NCBI GenBank assembly: GCA_049366815.1 | Contig: JBMNCO010000209.1 | Span: forward strand, 17,464-49,463 | Direction: 5' to 3' | Source of the DNA: Desulfatiglandales bacterium | GTDB lineage: Bacteria; Desulfobacterota; DSM-4660; Desulfatiglandales; HGW-15 | DNA length: 32,000 bases | Shown here: positions 18,260 through 26,657 of the stretch, in pieces | Numbering within the stretch: position 1 is the first letter of the stretch | Layout of the letters: every line of letters begins with the position of its first letter | Notes under the pieces: model-generated | The model's input: only the letters and a program-made list of their open reading frames with translations | Databases searched by the model: none | Told to the model about the DNA's origin: nothing | Program-made: the position numbers and the translations under genes

Positions 18260-19561
18260 TTGGATAGGATTTTTCTGCTTATCATATCACTCTGTGTCTC
18301 TCTCCTGATGTATCTGGGCTTTGTATTCATTCTGAGAAGCGAGAGGGGGAGAGACTACATCGGCCGGCACTGGTATTATCATCCGAACGCGATCTGCCTG
18401 TGGAGATTATGCATAGCCCTGCCGGGCACGATCCTGTACTTCGTGGCTGATCAACACTTCTGGGGTATCTTGTTGTTCACCTTTGCCGCGGTATTGGACG
18501 GTGTCGACGGACTCGTCGCCAGGAAGTGTGAGCGTGTCACACCCCTTGGGGAAGAACTCGATCCGCTGTGTGACAAACTGACCTATCTGCCCGCCATGTT
18601 CTTTTTCGCCTATCGCGGTCTGCTCAATGTGAGCGCAGTATGGACACTGCTCATCATAGAGGCCTGCGGGCAGTTCCTGGTCAGATATTTTATCAAGCGT
18701 TTTACAAAATTCTCGGTGACTGCGAATAATTTCGGGAAGATCAAGGCCGTGATGTGTTTTGCCCTGATCATCTACTGTGCGCTTCTGGATGATGCCCTGC
18801 GAATTCCGGACTTTTCGGCTCAAATGCTTTACCTGTGTATCATTTTGTCTGTCTCATCGAGCGTTTTCAAGTTGATTCCCAATCGCTTTTATGCCGACAT
18901 CCTGTCCATTCTGAATCTGCTGTGCGGCATTCTGGGCATAATCCTGGCCTTTCAGGGTCGATATGTCTATGTGGCCCTTGCAATCATGGCCGGACAGATC
19001 TTCGATCTTTTCGACGGCCGGATGGCCGAAAAACACGGGGGGACAAAGTTCGGGCCCTGGCTCGATGATATCGCGGACCTGGTCAGCTTCGGCCTTTGCC
19101 CCGCTCTCCTGATCGTCTTCAAGGGCGATATGTCCGCCTTGCCCTTTATTTTTGGAATGCTCTATTTCCTTGCAGTAGGCTTTCGACTATGGCGATATCT
19201 TTTTCGTGACAAATATGACAGCACTCTTCCCCCGGGTGTCTTCAGCGGCCTGCCCAGCCCTGCCGGCGCCATCGTTGTCTTGGGCGCCTGCCTGTTTTTG
19301 GAAAACCGGTGGGCGATTCTGGGTATCATTTTTGTCGCCTCTTTCCTGCTTGTCAGCCATGTCAGGTTTGTCCATTTCGGGCGCGTCATACTGCAGACCC
19401 TGCCTCGAACCTTTATTGTCATATTCGGCTTTATTATCCTGTTCATCACCGCCTATCTCATCAAGGCAAGAGACTCGCAAATGCTTGGTGCCCTGCTCCT
19501 CATATGTTTCATCGTTTATATTGTGACAAGCACCAGGATAATGATCAAAAAGACCCAGTGA
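18260..19561 (+). CDS. Tandem CDP-alcohol phosphatidyltransferase fusion (PgsA-like N-half, PssA-like C-half)
   Basis: There are two signature motifs in one 433-aa polytopic ORF. The first is DGLVARKCERVTPLGEELDPLCD, the canonical D-G-x2-A-R-x8-G-x3-D-x3-D. The second is DGRMAEKHGGTKFGPWLDDIAD, which has A-E in place of A-R, a 7-residue spacer and a following SFGLCPA. The start is TTG. Confidence 0.8.
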   Translation: MDRIFLLIISLCVSLLMYLGFVFILRSERGRDYIGRHWYYHPNAICLWRLCIALPGTILYFVADQHFWGILLFTFAAVLDGVDGLVARKCERVTPLGEELDPLCDKLTYLPAMFFFAYRGLLNVSAVWTLLIIEACGQFLVRYFIKRFTKFSVTANNFGKIKAVMCFALIIYCALLDDALRIPDFSAQMLYLCIILSVSSSVFKLIPNRFYADILSILNLLCGILGIILAFQGRYVYVALAIMAGQIFDLFDGRMAEKHGGTKFGPWLDDIADLVSFGLCPALLIVFKGDMSALPFIFGMLYFLAVGFRLWRYLFRDKYDSTLPPGVFSGLPSPAGAIVVLGACLFLENRWAILGIIFVASFLLVSHVRFVHFGRVILQTLPRTFIVIFGFIILFITAYLIKARDSQMLGALLLICFIVYIVTSTRIMIKKTQ

Positions 19562-19625
19562 TAAAGGGGGCTGCGGGATTCAAAGACCACGGCGTGACCG
19601 CGACACAAGGGGATGCACATCGTAA

Positions 19626-19669
19626 TTGACATGGAAAGAAGGATCATATATGGAATGATGATATATGGA
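19626..19669 (+). promoter_or_regulatory. Candidate promoter (TTGACA) with two tandem 13-nt direct repeats over the -10 region
   Basis: TTGACA lies at 19626-19631. GATCATATATGGA (19642-19654) and GATGATATATGGA (19657-19669) are separated by 2 nt, about 45 nt upstream of the methyltransferase operon start. Confidence 0.3.
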
Positions 19670-19713
19670 CCATTTCCTGCCATAATCAATTTACAAGAAA
19701 AGAGGTGTGGCGC

Positions 19714-20511
19714 ATGATTATCATCGGAGAACTCATCAATTCCACCAGGAAGGCGATTGCTGCAGCCATCGAGGCCGCCGATGCCGCCGCGATCCAGGAG
19801 ATCGCCCGAAATCAGGCCCAGGCCGGTGCCGACTACATTGATGTCAATGCCGGTTCCTTCAGGGACCGGGAAGCGGAACATCTGAAATGGCTTGTCAAAG
19901 TGGTGCAGGAGGTGGTCGATCTTCCATGCTGCCTTGACAGTCCAAATCCGGCGGCACTCGAGGCGGCACTCTCGGAGCACAGAGGCACCCCCATGATCAA
20001 TTCCATCTCTCTCGAAAGAGACAGGAAGGACAAGCTTCTCCCACTCCTGAGGGGGAGCGGGCACAAGGTTGTCGCCCTTTGTACGAGTGATGCGGGCATG
20101 CCCAGGACGGCCGAAGACCGGATCCGCACGGCCGAGGAACTGATCCGCTTGCTCCTCGATCATGACGTCAATGTGGAAAACATCTATGTGGATCCCCTGG
20201 TTCAGCCCGTCGCTACGGATCAGACATTTGGACACGAGTTTCTGGAATCCGTCGAGCAGATCATGGCCCGCTTTCCCGGGATACATACCATATGCGGGTT
20301 GTCCAATATATCCTACGGTCTCCCGCAGCGAAAGTTTCTCAACCGGACCTTTATGGCCATGGCCATAGCAAAAGGTCTTGATGCGGCCATCCTGGATCCC
20401 ATGGATAAACAGATGATGGCAAACGTGCTTGGTGCGGAGGCCCTCGCCGGCAGAGACAGGTTCTGCATGAAATACATCGGTGCCTATCGCAGCAAGATGT
20501 TAGAGGTCTAG
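19714..20511 (+). CDS. Methyltetrahydrofolate:corrinoid methyltransferase (pterin-binding, MeTr/AcsE-like; MT-II)
   Basis: MIIIGELINSTRK..., GADYIDVNAG, INSISLE and GLSNISYGLPQR are typical of pterin-binding methyltransferases. AGAGG lies 8 nt upstream of ATG 19714. Confidence 0.8.
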   Translation: MIIIGELINSTRKAIAAAIEAADAAAIQEIARNQAQAGADYIDVNAGSFRDREAEHLKWLVKVVQEVVDLPCCLDSPNPAALEAALSEHRGTPMINSISLERDRKDKLLPLLRGSGHKVVALCTSDAGMPRTAEDRIRTAEELIRLLLDHDVNVENIYVDPLVQPVATDQTFGHEFLESVEQIMARFPGIHTICGLSNISYGLPQRKFLNRTFMAMAIAKGLDAAILDPMDKQMMANVLGAEALAGRDRFCMKYIGAYRSKMLEV

Positions 20512-20567
20512 GAATCTTTGGCTCAAACCCCTTTAGCTGAGCACATCATGAAAAAAGGAGACCCTAT

Positions 20568-21200
20568 ATGACGGAAGCATTGGTGCATGCCCTGGTGGAA
20601 ATGCAGGAGGCCGCAGCGATTGAAAAGGCAAAACAATTGCTGGATGAAGGAACCGATCCCATGGAGATTCTCAAGGCCTGTTCGACGGCCATGGAGGCCG
20701 TAGGGACACGGTTTGAAAACGGGGAGTATTTTTTGCCCCATCTTATGATGGCGGGTGAAATGCTGCGCGAGATCTCCGAAATGATCAAGCCCATGATCGA
20801 GGATGTCGGACGCAAAGACTCGAAGGGGAAGGTCTTGATTGGAACCGTCAAGGGTGACATTCATGACATCGGCAAGAACATTGTTGTCTTTCTCCTCGAC
20901 GCCAACGGTTATGAGGTGCGGGATATCGGGATCGATCAGCCGCCGGAAAAATTCGTGGAGGCCATCCGGGACTTTGAGCCCCAGGTCGTGGGTATGAGCG
21001 GCCTGCTCACCCTCGCCTTTGACTCCATGAAGGAGACGGTAAAGGCCATCGAAGGGGCCGGACTTCGAGACAAGGTCCGTATCATGATCGGTGGCGGTCA
21101 GATCAGCGAACAAGTAAGAGACTATACCGGTGCCGATGCCTTCGGGGAGGACGCCCTGGCGGGCGTCAGACTCGTCAAGAAGTGGATAGGAGGGCAATAA
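20568..21200 (+). CDS. Corrinoid (B12-binding) protein of a methyltransferase system
   Basis: It has an N-terminal helical cap and a Rossmann B12-binding domain with the DxHxxG motif (GTVKGDIHDIGKNIV), then MSGLLT and IMIGGG. AGGAGA RBS. Confidence 0.9.
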   Translation: MTEALVHALVEMQEAAAIEKAKQLLDEGTDPMEILKACSTAMEAVGTRFENGEYFLPHLMMAGEMLREISEMIKPMIEDVGRKDSKGKVLIGTVKGDIHDIGKNIVVFLLDANGYEVRDIGIDQPPEKFVEAIRDFEPQVVGMSGLLTLAFDSMKETVKAIEGAGLRDKVRIMIGGGQISEQVRDYTGADAFGEDALAGVRLVKKWIGGQ

Positions 21201-21201
21201 C

Positions 21202-22545
21202 ATGAAGGAGCGATTTGTCGATCCGGCCCCCGATGCCGATGCAAAACAGGAAGAGCGATTCCGAATCTGGCTTTCCGGCGAGGGGCTCACTTTTGCCGAC
21301 GCGGACTCAAAGGCCATGTACCAGGAGCGCGTCACCCTCATGAAGGATGCGATACAGCTCAAAAAGGCGCCCGCCCGGATTCCCATATGCCCTTCGTTGG
21401 GCTTTTTCCCCATGCAATACGCCGGCATCACCATGTATGACGCCATGTACGACTACGAGGCCCTGCAAAGATGCTGGGAGATCTTCTACAAGGATTTTGC
21501 CCCGGATGCCTATAACGGTCCGGCGAACATCGTCCCGGGCAGGACCCTGGATATCCTGGACTTGAAACTCTACCACTGGCCGGGGCACGGCGTGTCCAAA
21601 GAACGGGAATACCAGTTCGCAGAAGACGAGTACATGAAGGCCGATGAGTATCAGGATCTGATCGATGATCCGAGCGCCTTTTTCCTGAGCCGTTATTTCC
21701 CGAGAATCTTCGGCTCCCTCAAGCCTTTGGAAAACCTGCCCATTTTGCCTCCGATCCATGAGATCCCGACGTTTCCCCCCGCCTTCATGCGCTTTGGGAG
21801 CCAGGACATGAAAAAGGCCTTCGAAGCCCTTTACCAGGCCGGGGAAGAAGCCCTGCGATGGGGGGCGGTTTCAAGGGCAGTGAGCGGAAAAATCATGGGA
21901 CAGGGGTTCCCGTCCTTTTCGGGCGGCTTTACCAAGGCGCCCTTTGACGTGATCGGGGACAGCCTTCGAGGGACCAGGGGGATCATGCTCGACATGTTCC
22001 GATCCCCGGATGAATTAAAGGAGGCCTGCGACCGCCTGACACCCATCATGGTCAAGTCCGGGGTCGCCTCCTGCCGGGCAAACGGCCACATCATGCCCTT
22101 CATCCCTCTCCACAAGGGGGCGGACGGCTTTCTGTCCGACGAAATGTTCCGAAAATTCTACTGGCCGAGCCTGCGAAAGCTCATCATCGGCCTTGTCAAT
22201 GAGGGCATGGTCCCACAGCTTTTTGTCGAGGGCGCTTACAATGAGCGCCTGGATGTCATCAGCGATGTCCCGAAGGGGAAGGCCTTCTGGTGGTTCGACC
22301 GAACGGATATGGTCCGGGCCAAGGAGACCGTGGGCCGGGTGGCCTGTATCGGCGGGAACTTTCCCCTCGATCTGTTGTGCACCGCCACCCCGGATGCGGT
22401 CAGGGCCCATTGCAGGACACTCATGGAACAGGCCGGAAGAGACGGCGGCTTCATATTTTCGACCGGTGCCGGCATGCAGGGGGCAAAGCCTGAAAATGTC
22501 AAGGCAATGATCGAGAGTGCGAAGGAATATGGCGCCCTTGTTTGA
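21202..22545 (+). CDS. Uroporphyrinogen-decarboxylase-family methyltransferase (putative substrate:corrinoid MT-I)
   Basis: The 447-aa ORF starts 1 nt after the corrinoid protein stop. It has URO-D-family features (APFDVIGDSLRGTRGIMLDMFRSPDE, CIGGNFPLDLLCTATPDAVR, GGFIFSTGAG). Confidence 0.75.
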   Translation: MKERFVDPAPDADAKQEERFRIWLSGEGLTFADADSKAMYQERVTLMKDAIQLKKAPARIPICPSLGFFPMQYAGITMYDAMYDYEALQRCWEIFYKDFAPDAYNGPANIVPGRTLDILDLKLYHWPGHGVSKEREYQFAEDEYMKADEYQDLIDDPSAFFLSRYFPRIFGSLKPLENLPILPPIHEIPTFPPAFMRFGSQDMKKAFEALYQAGEEALRWGAVSRAVSGKIMGQGFPSFSGGFTKAPFDVIGDSLRGTRGIMLDMFRSPDELKEACDRLTPIMVKSGVASCRANGHIMPFIPLHKGADGFLSDEMFRKFYWPSLRKLIIGLVNEGMVPQLFVEGAYNERLDVISDVPKGKAFWWFDRTDMVRAKETVGRVACIGGNFPLDLLCTATPDAVRAHCRTLMEQAGRDGGFIFSTGAGMQGAKPENVKAMIESAKEYGALV

Positions 22546-22838
22546 TGACGTGGCTGGCGATCCTTTGAGGCGGGAAAAGTTTGTCATCGAGTTTAAAAAG
22601 GTAACATAAGATTCTGTATTTTTGTATTTTTATTGCTGTAAACCATATCCTTTCTTTGTTTTGATCCGGACGGTTTGCACAGGCCAGTGTAAACCGTCCG
22701 CCTGTCCGCTTTCACAGTGTCGTCCCGGGCAAACACGCCATCTCTCTGGTGCAAAAAAACCCGAAGGCCGACGATCTCCGCATATGGGCGTGGCTGCGGA
22801 TCGCTCATGGGGGCGATCTCGGGATAACTCGCAAAATC

Positions 22839-22866
22839 CGGATCATCCAAAATGATCCGTTTTTTT
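22839..22866 (+). terminator. Rho-independent terminator hairpin (possibly bidirectional)
   Basis: CGGATCAT ccaaa ATGATCCG is followed by TTTTTTT. On the other strand an A-run precedes it and ATTTTG follows. It sits between the convergent methyltransferase operon and the minus-strand small genes. Confidence 0.6.
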
Positions 22867-23200
22867 ATGACGAAAGAAGAATCTGGTCGCCGAATGCCTC
22901 GGACAGGGCCTGGACGAGGGTATCGACATCCTCCTGTTTTTCAAATTCAACCATGAGTTCTCCGGCTTCACCCACGACGAGTCGTCCGTGCCCTTCAACG
23001 ATTTTCGCGACCTTCTCCGGTTCGACGGTCCACCATCCACGTGTCCTCATGAGCAACTCCCTGCCCTTGAGACGTCTCGGCGTCACCAGATCGATATCTC
23101 GAAACCAGGCGTCCCACCCGACCCGGGCCGGGGCCCGAAGCACCGGACTCACGGGATCATGATAAATACGGCAACGACCGAACAAACGCAATCGAATCAT
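22865..23200 (-). CDS. Hypothetical protein (111 aa)
   Basis: Its start overlaps the upstream gene's stop by 4 nt (ATGA), which suggests translational coupling. I recognise no family. Confidence 0.5.
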   Translation of the reverse strand: MIRLRLFGRCRIYHDPVSPVLRAPARVGWDAWFRDIDLVTPRRLKGRELLMRTRGWWTVEPEKVAKIVEGHGRLVVGEAGELMVEFEKQEDVDTLVQALSEAFGDQILLSS

Positions 23201-23538
23201 GGGATCACCATCCGAACGACTTTATCTATCTCCGGGTCATCGGGCAGGCCGGCATCGGACACCTCGCAACCGTCTCTCACCATGCGACTAGCCAGACATC
23301 GCACAAAAATAACGGCGGCCCTTTCCGGCGTCAATTCAATGCCCCTTCTGCTTGCCTCCGCCCATGCCTTTTCAAACAGTACCCTTGCCGGTTGCCGCCA
23401 GGTTCCCAGCCGCGGATCAAGTGGAGGGGTGCCGACTCGTTTCAGAAAGGCGGACTGTGCCGCCTCCATGGCCTTGAAGACCTGCCGCATCATTTTGACG
23501 GCAGGGTCCCGGCCCCAATCGTCTCTGTTCCCTGTCAT
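23197..23538 (-). CDS. Hypothetical protein (113 aa)
   Basis: It starts 23 nt after the thiM stop, with GGGAG about 10 nt upstream. It lies on the same strand as thiE-thiL-thiM. I recognise no family. Confidence 0.5.
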   Translation of the reverse strand: MTGNRDDWGRDPAVKMMRQVFKAMEAAQSAFLKRVGTPPLDPRLGTWRQPARVLFEKAWAEASRRGIELTPERAAVIFVRCLASRMVRDGCEVSDAGLPDDPEIDKVVRMVIP

Positions 23539-23561
23539 TGCTCCGACTCCCTATGGGTCCG

Positions 23562-24371
23562 CTAGCACTGGACCTTTGCGCCTTTCCGCAAGGTCTCGCC
23601 GTCGATGCGAAAAAGGGCATCGAGAAGCCCAAGCTGAAAACCGCCCGGCGCATCGGCCTCTTCAGCGGCCTTTTCCCCCGCCAGCCCGAAGTAGGCTAGG
23701 GCCGTGGTTGCGGCCTCCAGCGAATTCGCTTGAACGGCGAGGAATGCGCCGATCAGGGCCGTGGCGGCGCACCCCGTGCCTGTTACGTATCCCATCAATT
23801 CATGGCCGTTTGAGACGCGACAGACCCTGGAACCATCCGTGACAAGATCCACGGCCCCCGTGATGGCCAGGGTGGTGCCCAATTCCTTTGCCAGTTGCCC
23901 GGCGGCATCTGCAGCCTCCTCCACGCCGTGGATGGAATCCACCCCTTTGGTCCTGGAGTCGTCGCCGGCCAGGGAGAGGACCTCCGAGGCATTTCCCCTG
24001 ACCACGCTGATGTCGAGCTCATTGAGAAGGCTTTTGGCCGATTGGGTTCGCAGCGTGGTCGCCCCGGAACCCACAGGATCCAGGATGACCGGGACGTTGC
24101 GTTGATTGGCGCGTTTTCCGGCCTTTAACATGGAGGTGATCCAGTAAGGTGTGAGGGTCCCGATATTGAGCACCAGTGCACCTGCAAAGGAGACCATTTC
24201 CTCCACTTCCTCGTGCGCGTGGGCCATGACAGGAGAGGCCCCGCAGGCCAGGAGGGCGTTCGCGGTGAAATTCATCACCACGAGATTCGTGATATTGTGT
24301 ACCAGAGGCCTTTTCTCCCTCACATTTTTCAAATTTTCAGCAGCCTTCCGGGCCATGACTTGATCGAACAT
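23562..24371 (-). CDS. thiM: Hydroxyethylthiazole kinase
   Basis: PLVHNITNLVVMNFTANALLACGASPVMAHA and GTGCAATALIGAFLAV are ThiM hallmarks. ATG 24371 is preceded by GGAGAAGAAGAGG. The track ORF extends 60 codons further upstream with no support. Confidence 0.9.
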   Translation of the reverse strand: MFDQVMARKAAENLKNVREKRPLVHNITNLVVMNFTANALLACGASPVMAHAHEEVEEMVSFAGALVLNIGTLTPYWITSMLKAGKRANQRNVPVILDPVGSGATTLRTQSAKSLLNELDISVVRGNASEVLSLAGDDSRTKGVDSIHGVEEAADAAGQLAKELGTTLAITGAVDLVTDGSRVCRVSNGHELMGYVTGTGCAATALIGAFLAVQANSLEAATTALAYFGLAGEKAAEEADAPGGFQLGLLDALFRIDGETLRKGAKVQC

Positions 24372-24397
24372 ACCTCTTCTTCTCCTATAATATACGA

Positions 24398-25432
24398 CTA
24401 TTTGTTGGACGCCATGAAGTGGTCCCACCCACCGGCCCGAATGGACTTGGAGGTGCCGTCGGGAAGGATCAGGTTCAGTCCTCTGCACCTTTCCACCAAC
24501 CGTCCGACCTCTGTGACGGGCACATCGCTTACGGCCTTGAGGGCGGAACAAAGCGGGCTCACGTTCTCCGGTGCACAGGTGATGATGAGTTCATAATCGT
24601 CGCTATCGCCCAGGACCAACTCGAGGGGGTCCTCTCCCAATTGGAGCGCGGCCTCTCTCAGCGCGTCACTGACAGGCAGTCTTTCCTCAATGAGTTCGGC
24701 GCCCACAGCGCTCTCCTCACAGATATGCCCGAGATCACCCAAAAAACCGTCGCTCGTATCGATCATTGCGGTGGCAAGTCCTGAGAGGCCGACGGCCCTG
24801 CCCTCCTGCGCGCGGTGAGATGGTCTGTTATATCGGCGGACGAGGGGATGAGACCTCAGGTCATGACCGGGAACTCCCTTCAACAGGAGATGGAGGCCGG
24901 CTGCAGCCTCCCCCGGGAAACCTGTAACCAGGACGGTATCCCCTTCCCGCGCCGTCGATCGCTTTATGCTTTTTCCCACCTCCACCTCACCGATTAGGGT
25001 GATGTCAATAAATACGGCCCCAACGGCCTTTGTCAGGTTTCCGCCGATGATACCTGCCCCAAAGGGATTGAGTTCGGCAAGAAAACCCAGGTAAAGGTCT
25101 TCGATGTCCCTGACCCTGGTGTCATTGTTCAGCCCCAGGGATACGAGGGCGTACAGGGGCGAACCGCCCATGGCGCCGATGTCGCTGATGTTCAGGGCCA
25201 TGGCACGCCGGCCGAGGTCGTGGGGGCTGATATGCCCGGACAGGTAGTGCCGCCCCTCCACGATGCAGTCACAGGTGACCAGGATTTCAAACCCGTCCCG
25301 GGGGCGGAATGATGCGGCATCATCGCCGATGCCGAGTCTGACCCCGGCCTGGGGCACGCCATCCTGTTTGATGATCCTGTGGATGCGGTCAATGAGACCG
25401 AACTCCCCGATGCTCGCGAGCGTCTCAGACAT
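24398..25432 (-). CDS. thiL: Thiamine-monophosphate kinase
   Basis: MSETLASIGEFGLIDRI..., GIGDDAA, DIGAMGG and TSDGFLGDLGHIC are AIR-synthase-fold ThiL motifs. It overlaps the thiE stop by 8 nt. Confidence 0.9.
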   Translation of the reverse strand: MSETLASIGEFGLIDRIHRIIKQDGVPQAGVRLGIGDDAASFRPRDGFEILVTCDCIVEGRHYLSGHISPHDLGRRAMALNISDIGAMGGSPLYALVSLGLNNDTRVRDIEDLYLGFLAELNPFGAGIIGGNLTKAVGAVFIDITLIGEVEVGKSIKRSTAREGDTVLVTGFPGEAAAGLHLLLKGVPGHDLRSHPLVRRYNRPSHRAQEGRAVGLSGLATAMIDTSDGFLGDLGHICEESAVGAELIEERLPVSDALREAALQLGEDPLELVLGDSDDYELIITCAPENVSPLCSALKAVSDVPVTEVGRLVERCRGLNLILPDGTSKSIRAGGWDHFMASNK

Positions 25433-26069
25433 GGCGGTCTTCCGGTTTCCCTCTCGTCAGGGCCTCCTTCAGGGCCCTTGCCGCTGCCGTCGGATCTTTC
25501 CGGCAGCACACGGCTGATATCACGGCAATCCCCTTTGCCCCCGTTTCCATGACCTCCCAGGCATTTTCCACGGTGATGCCCCCGATGGCAACGATCGGGA
25601 GCGGAATGCTCTCAACCACCTCTTTCAGTAGGGCTATCCCGCTTACCGGTCCCGCATCATCCTTCGATGTCGTGGGAAATACCGGACCGAACCCCACATA
25701 ATCGGCCCCCTCTGAAAGGCAGATACGGGCCTCATCCAGGTCCGATGCCGACCCCCCGATAATCCAGTCGGGTCCAAGCAGTTTTCTTGCCAAAGGGATC
25801 GGAAAGTCGTCCTGACCCAGATGGACACCGTGGGCGTCGGCGGCCAGGGCCACATCCACCCTGTCATTGACAATGAAACTGACCCCCGCGTCTTCGCAAA
25901 GACGCCTCATTTGACGGGCCATATCAATCAATTCACGGGTGGAGCCGGTCTTTTGCCGAAACTGGATGGTATCCGCCCCGCCCGCAATGGCCAATCCGGT
26001 CAGTTCCACATGGGAAAATCGCGACTGCAGGGCAACGTCCGTCAATACATGCAGTGTTCCAATCTTCAT
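25425..26069 (-). CDS. thiE: Thiamine-phosphate synthase
   Basis: LHVLTD, IQFRQK, FIVNDRVDVALAADAHGVHLGQDD, GPVFPTTSK and VAIGGI are ThiE motifs. I chose ATG 26069 (MKIGTLHV...). Confidence 0.9.
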   Translation of the reverse strand: MKIGTLHVLTDVALQSRFSHVELTGLAIAGGADTIQFRQKTGSTRELIDMARQMRRLCEDAGVSFIVNDRVDVALAADAHGVHLGQDDFPIPLARKLLGPDWIIGGSASDLDEARICLSEGADYVGFGPVFPTTSKDDAGPVSGIALLKEVVESIPLPIVAIGGITVENAWEVMETGAKGIAVISAVCCRKDPTAAARALKEALTRGKPEDRHV

Positions 26070-26199
26070 CTTTGAAACCACTCCTCTAGAATTTCCATAC
26101 GTTTTCAAGTGGGACATATGACCATTGGAAGCCGGAACTTGTCAAGCCTTCTTTCTCTCGGATGAGTGGGACAGGGGCACAGTCATACCACTACCGCCG

Positions 26200-26225
26200 G
26201 TTTCAATCCACGCTCCCGCATGGGG
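26200..26225 (-). repeat. Orphan partial CRISPR repeat (repeat positions 1-26 of 32 as written on the plus strand)
   Basis: gtttcaatccacgctcccgcatgggg is identical to the first 26 nt of the plus-strand form of the array repeat at 31287-31977. The match stops there (tattca versus agcgac). Confidence 0.9.
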
Positions 26226-26324
26226 TATTCAATATTGCTAGGGATTTGTATTGGTAAGGGCATGTTTTTGTTGTCCTCACAAGGTTTTTTCTGTAAAAAA
26301 TGAATTCGAATCTGGAGGGCTGAA

Positions 26325-26657
26325 ATGAAATGCGCCATATGCGGAATTGAAGTGGAAACCATTGATGAGGCCATCGAACAAAATTGGATCCATACCTTTT
26401 ATGAAGGGGAAGTGGAACATGGCCCCTTGTGCTCATCCTGCGCTGAGACAATGATATGTATTGGTGAAGATGCGGTAATGCTGTTGAAGGCCAAGTATCA
26501 TGACAAACTGAGGTATTTTCCCGAAAAAACCCTAAATGCCCACAGAAACACTTGCCTATTGGCATTGCCATCCTATAAAACGAACCCAGTAAACTCAACT
26601 GAGGTTCCCATTAGCAATTGTAATCACTACAAAAACGCTGACCTAAAACTCACCTGA
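26325..26657 (+). CDS. Small zinc-ribbon-like hypothetical protein
   Basis: GGAGGG lies 5 nt upstream of the ATG. There are CAIC (residues 3-6) and CSSC (residues 36-39) CxxC pairs. The context is low-GC, and the C-terminal half is low complexity and may not all be coding. Confidence 0.45.
   Translation: MKCAICGIEVETIDEAIEQNWIHTFYEGEVEHGPLCSSCAETMICIGEDAVMLLKAKYHDKLRYFPEKTLNAHRNTCLLALPSYKTNPVNSTEVPISNCNHYKNADLKLT

Noticed and set aside
22593-22855. An 85-aa minus-strand ORF and a 77-aa plus-strand ORF in the gap after the methyltransferase operon.
   Set aside because: Neither has an RBS. One start lies inside the terminator hairpin, and the composition is not coding-like. I treated the region as non-coding structured sequence.
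26070-26199. Possible TPP (THI-box) riboswitch upstream of thiE on the minus strand. The region contains CCGAGAGA and CTTGACAAGTTCCGG, vaguely like CUGAGA and ACCUGAUCUGG.
   Set aside because: The invariant elements (GGGGUGC, CUGAGA, ACCUGAUC-GG-UAAUACC-GCG-AGGGA) are not present, and no P1 helix can be drawn. The TTGACA here is more simply a -35 box. An Rfam scan would settle it.
26256-26300. Possible second degenerate CRISPR repeat one spacer length to the right of the orphan half-repeat.
   Set aside because: Only GTTT matches the repeat and the rest is unrelated. Similarly, no repeat lies one unit to the left (about 26130-26165).
26203-26598. 131-aa minus-strand ORF ending in ...PCGSVD.
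   Set aside because: The C-terminus is just the translated orphan CRISPR half-repeat. The ORF is antisense to a better-supported plus-strand gene and lacks an RBS.
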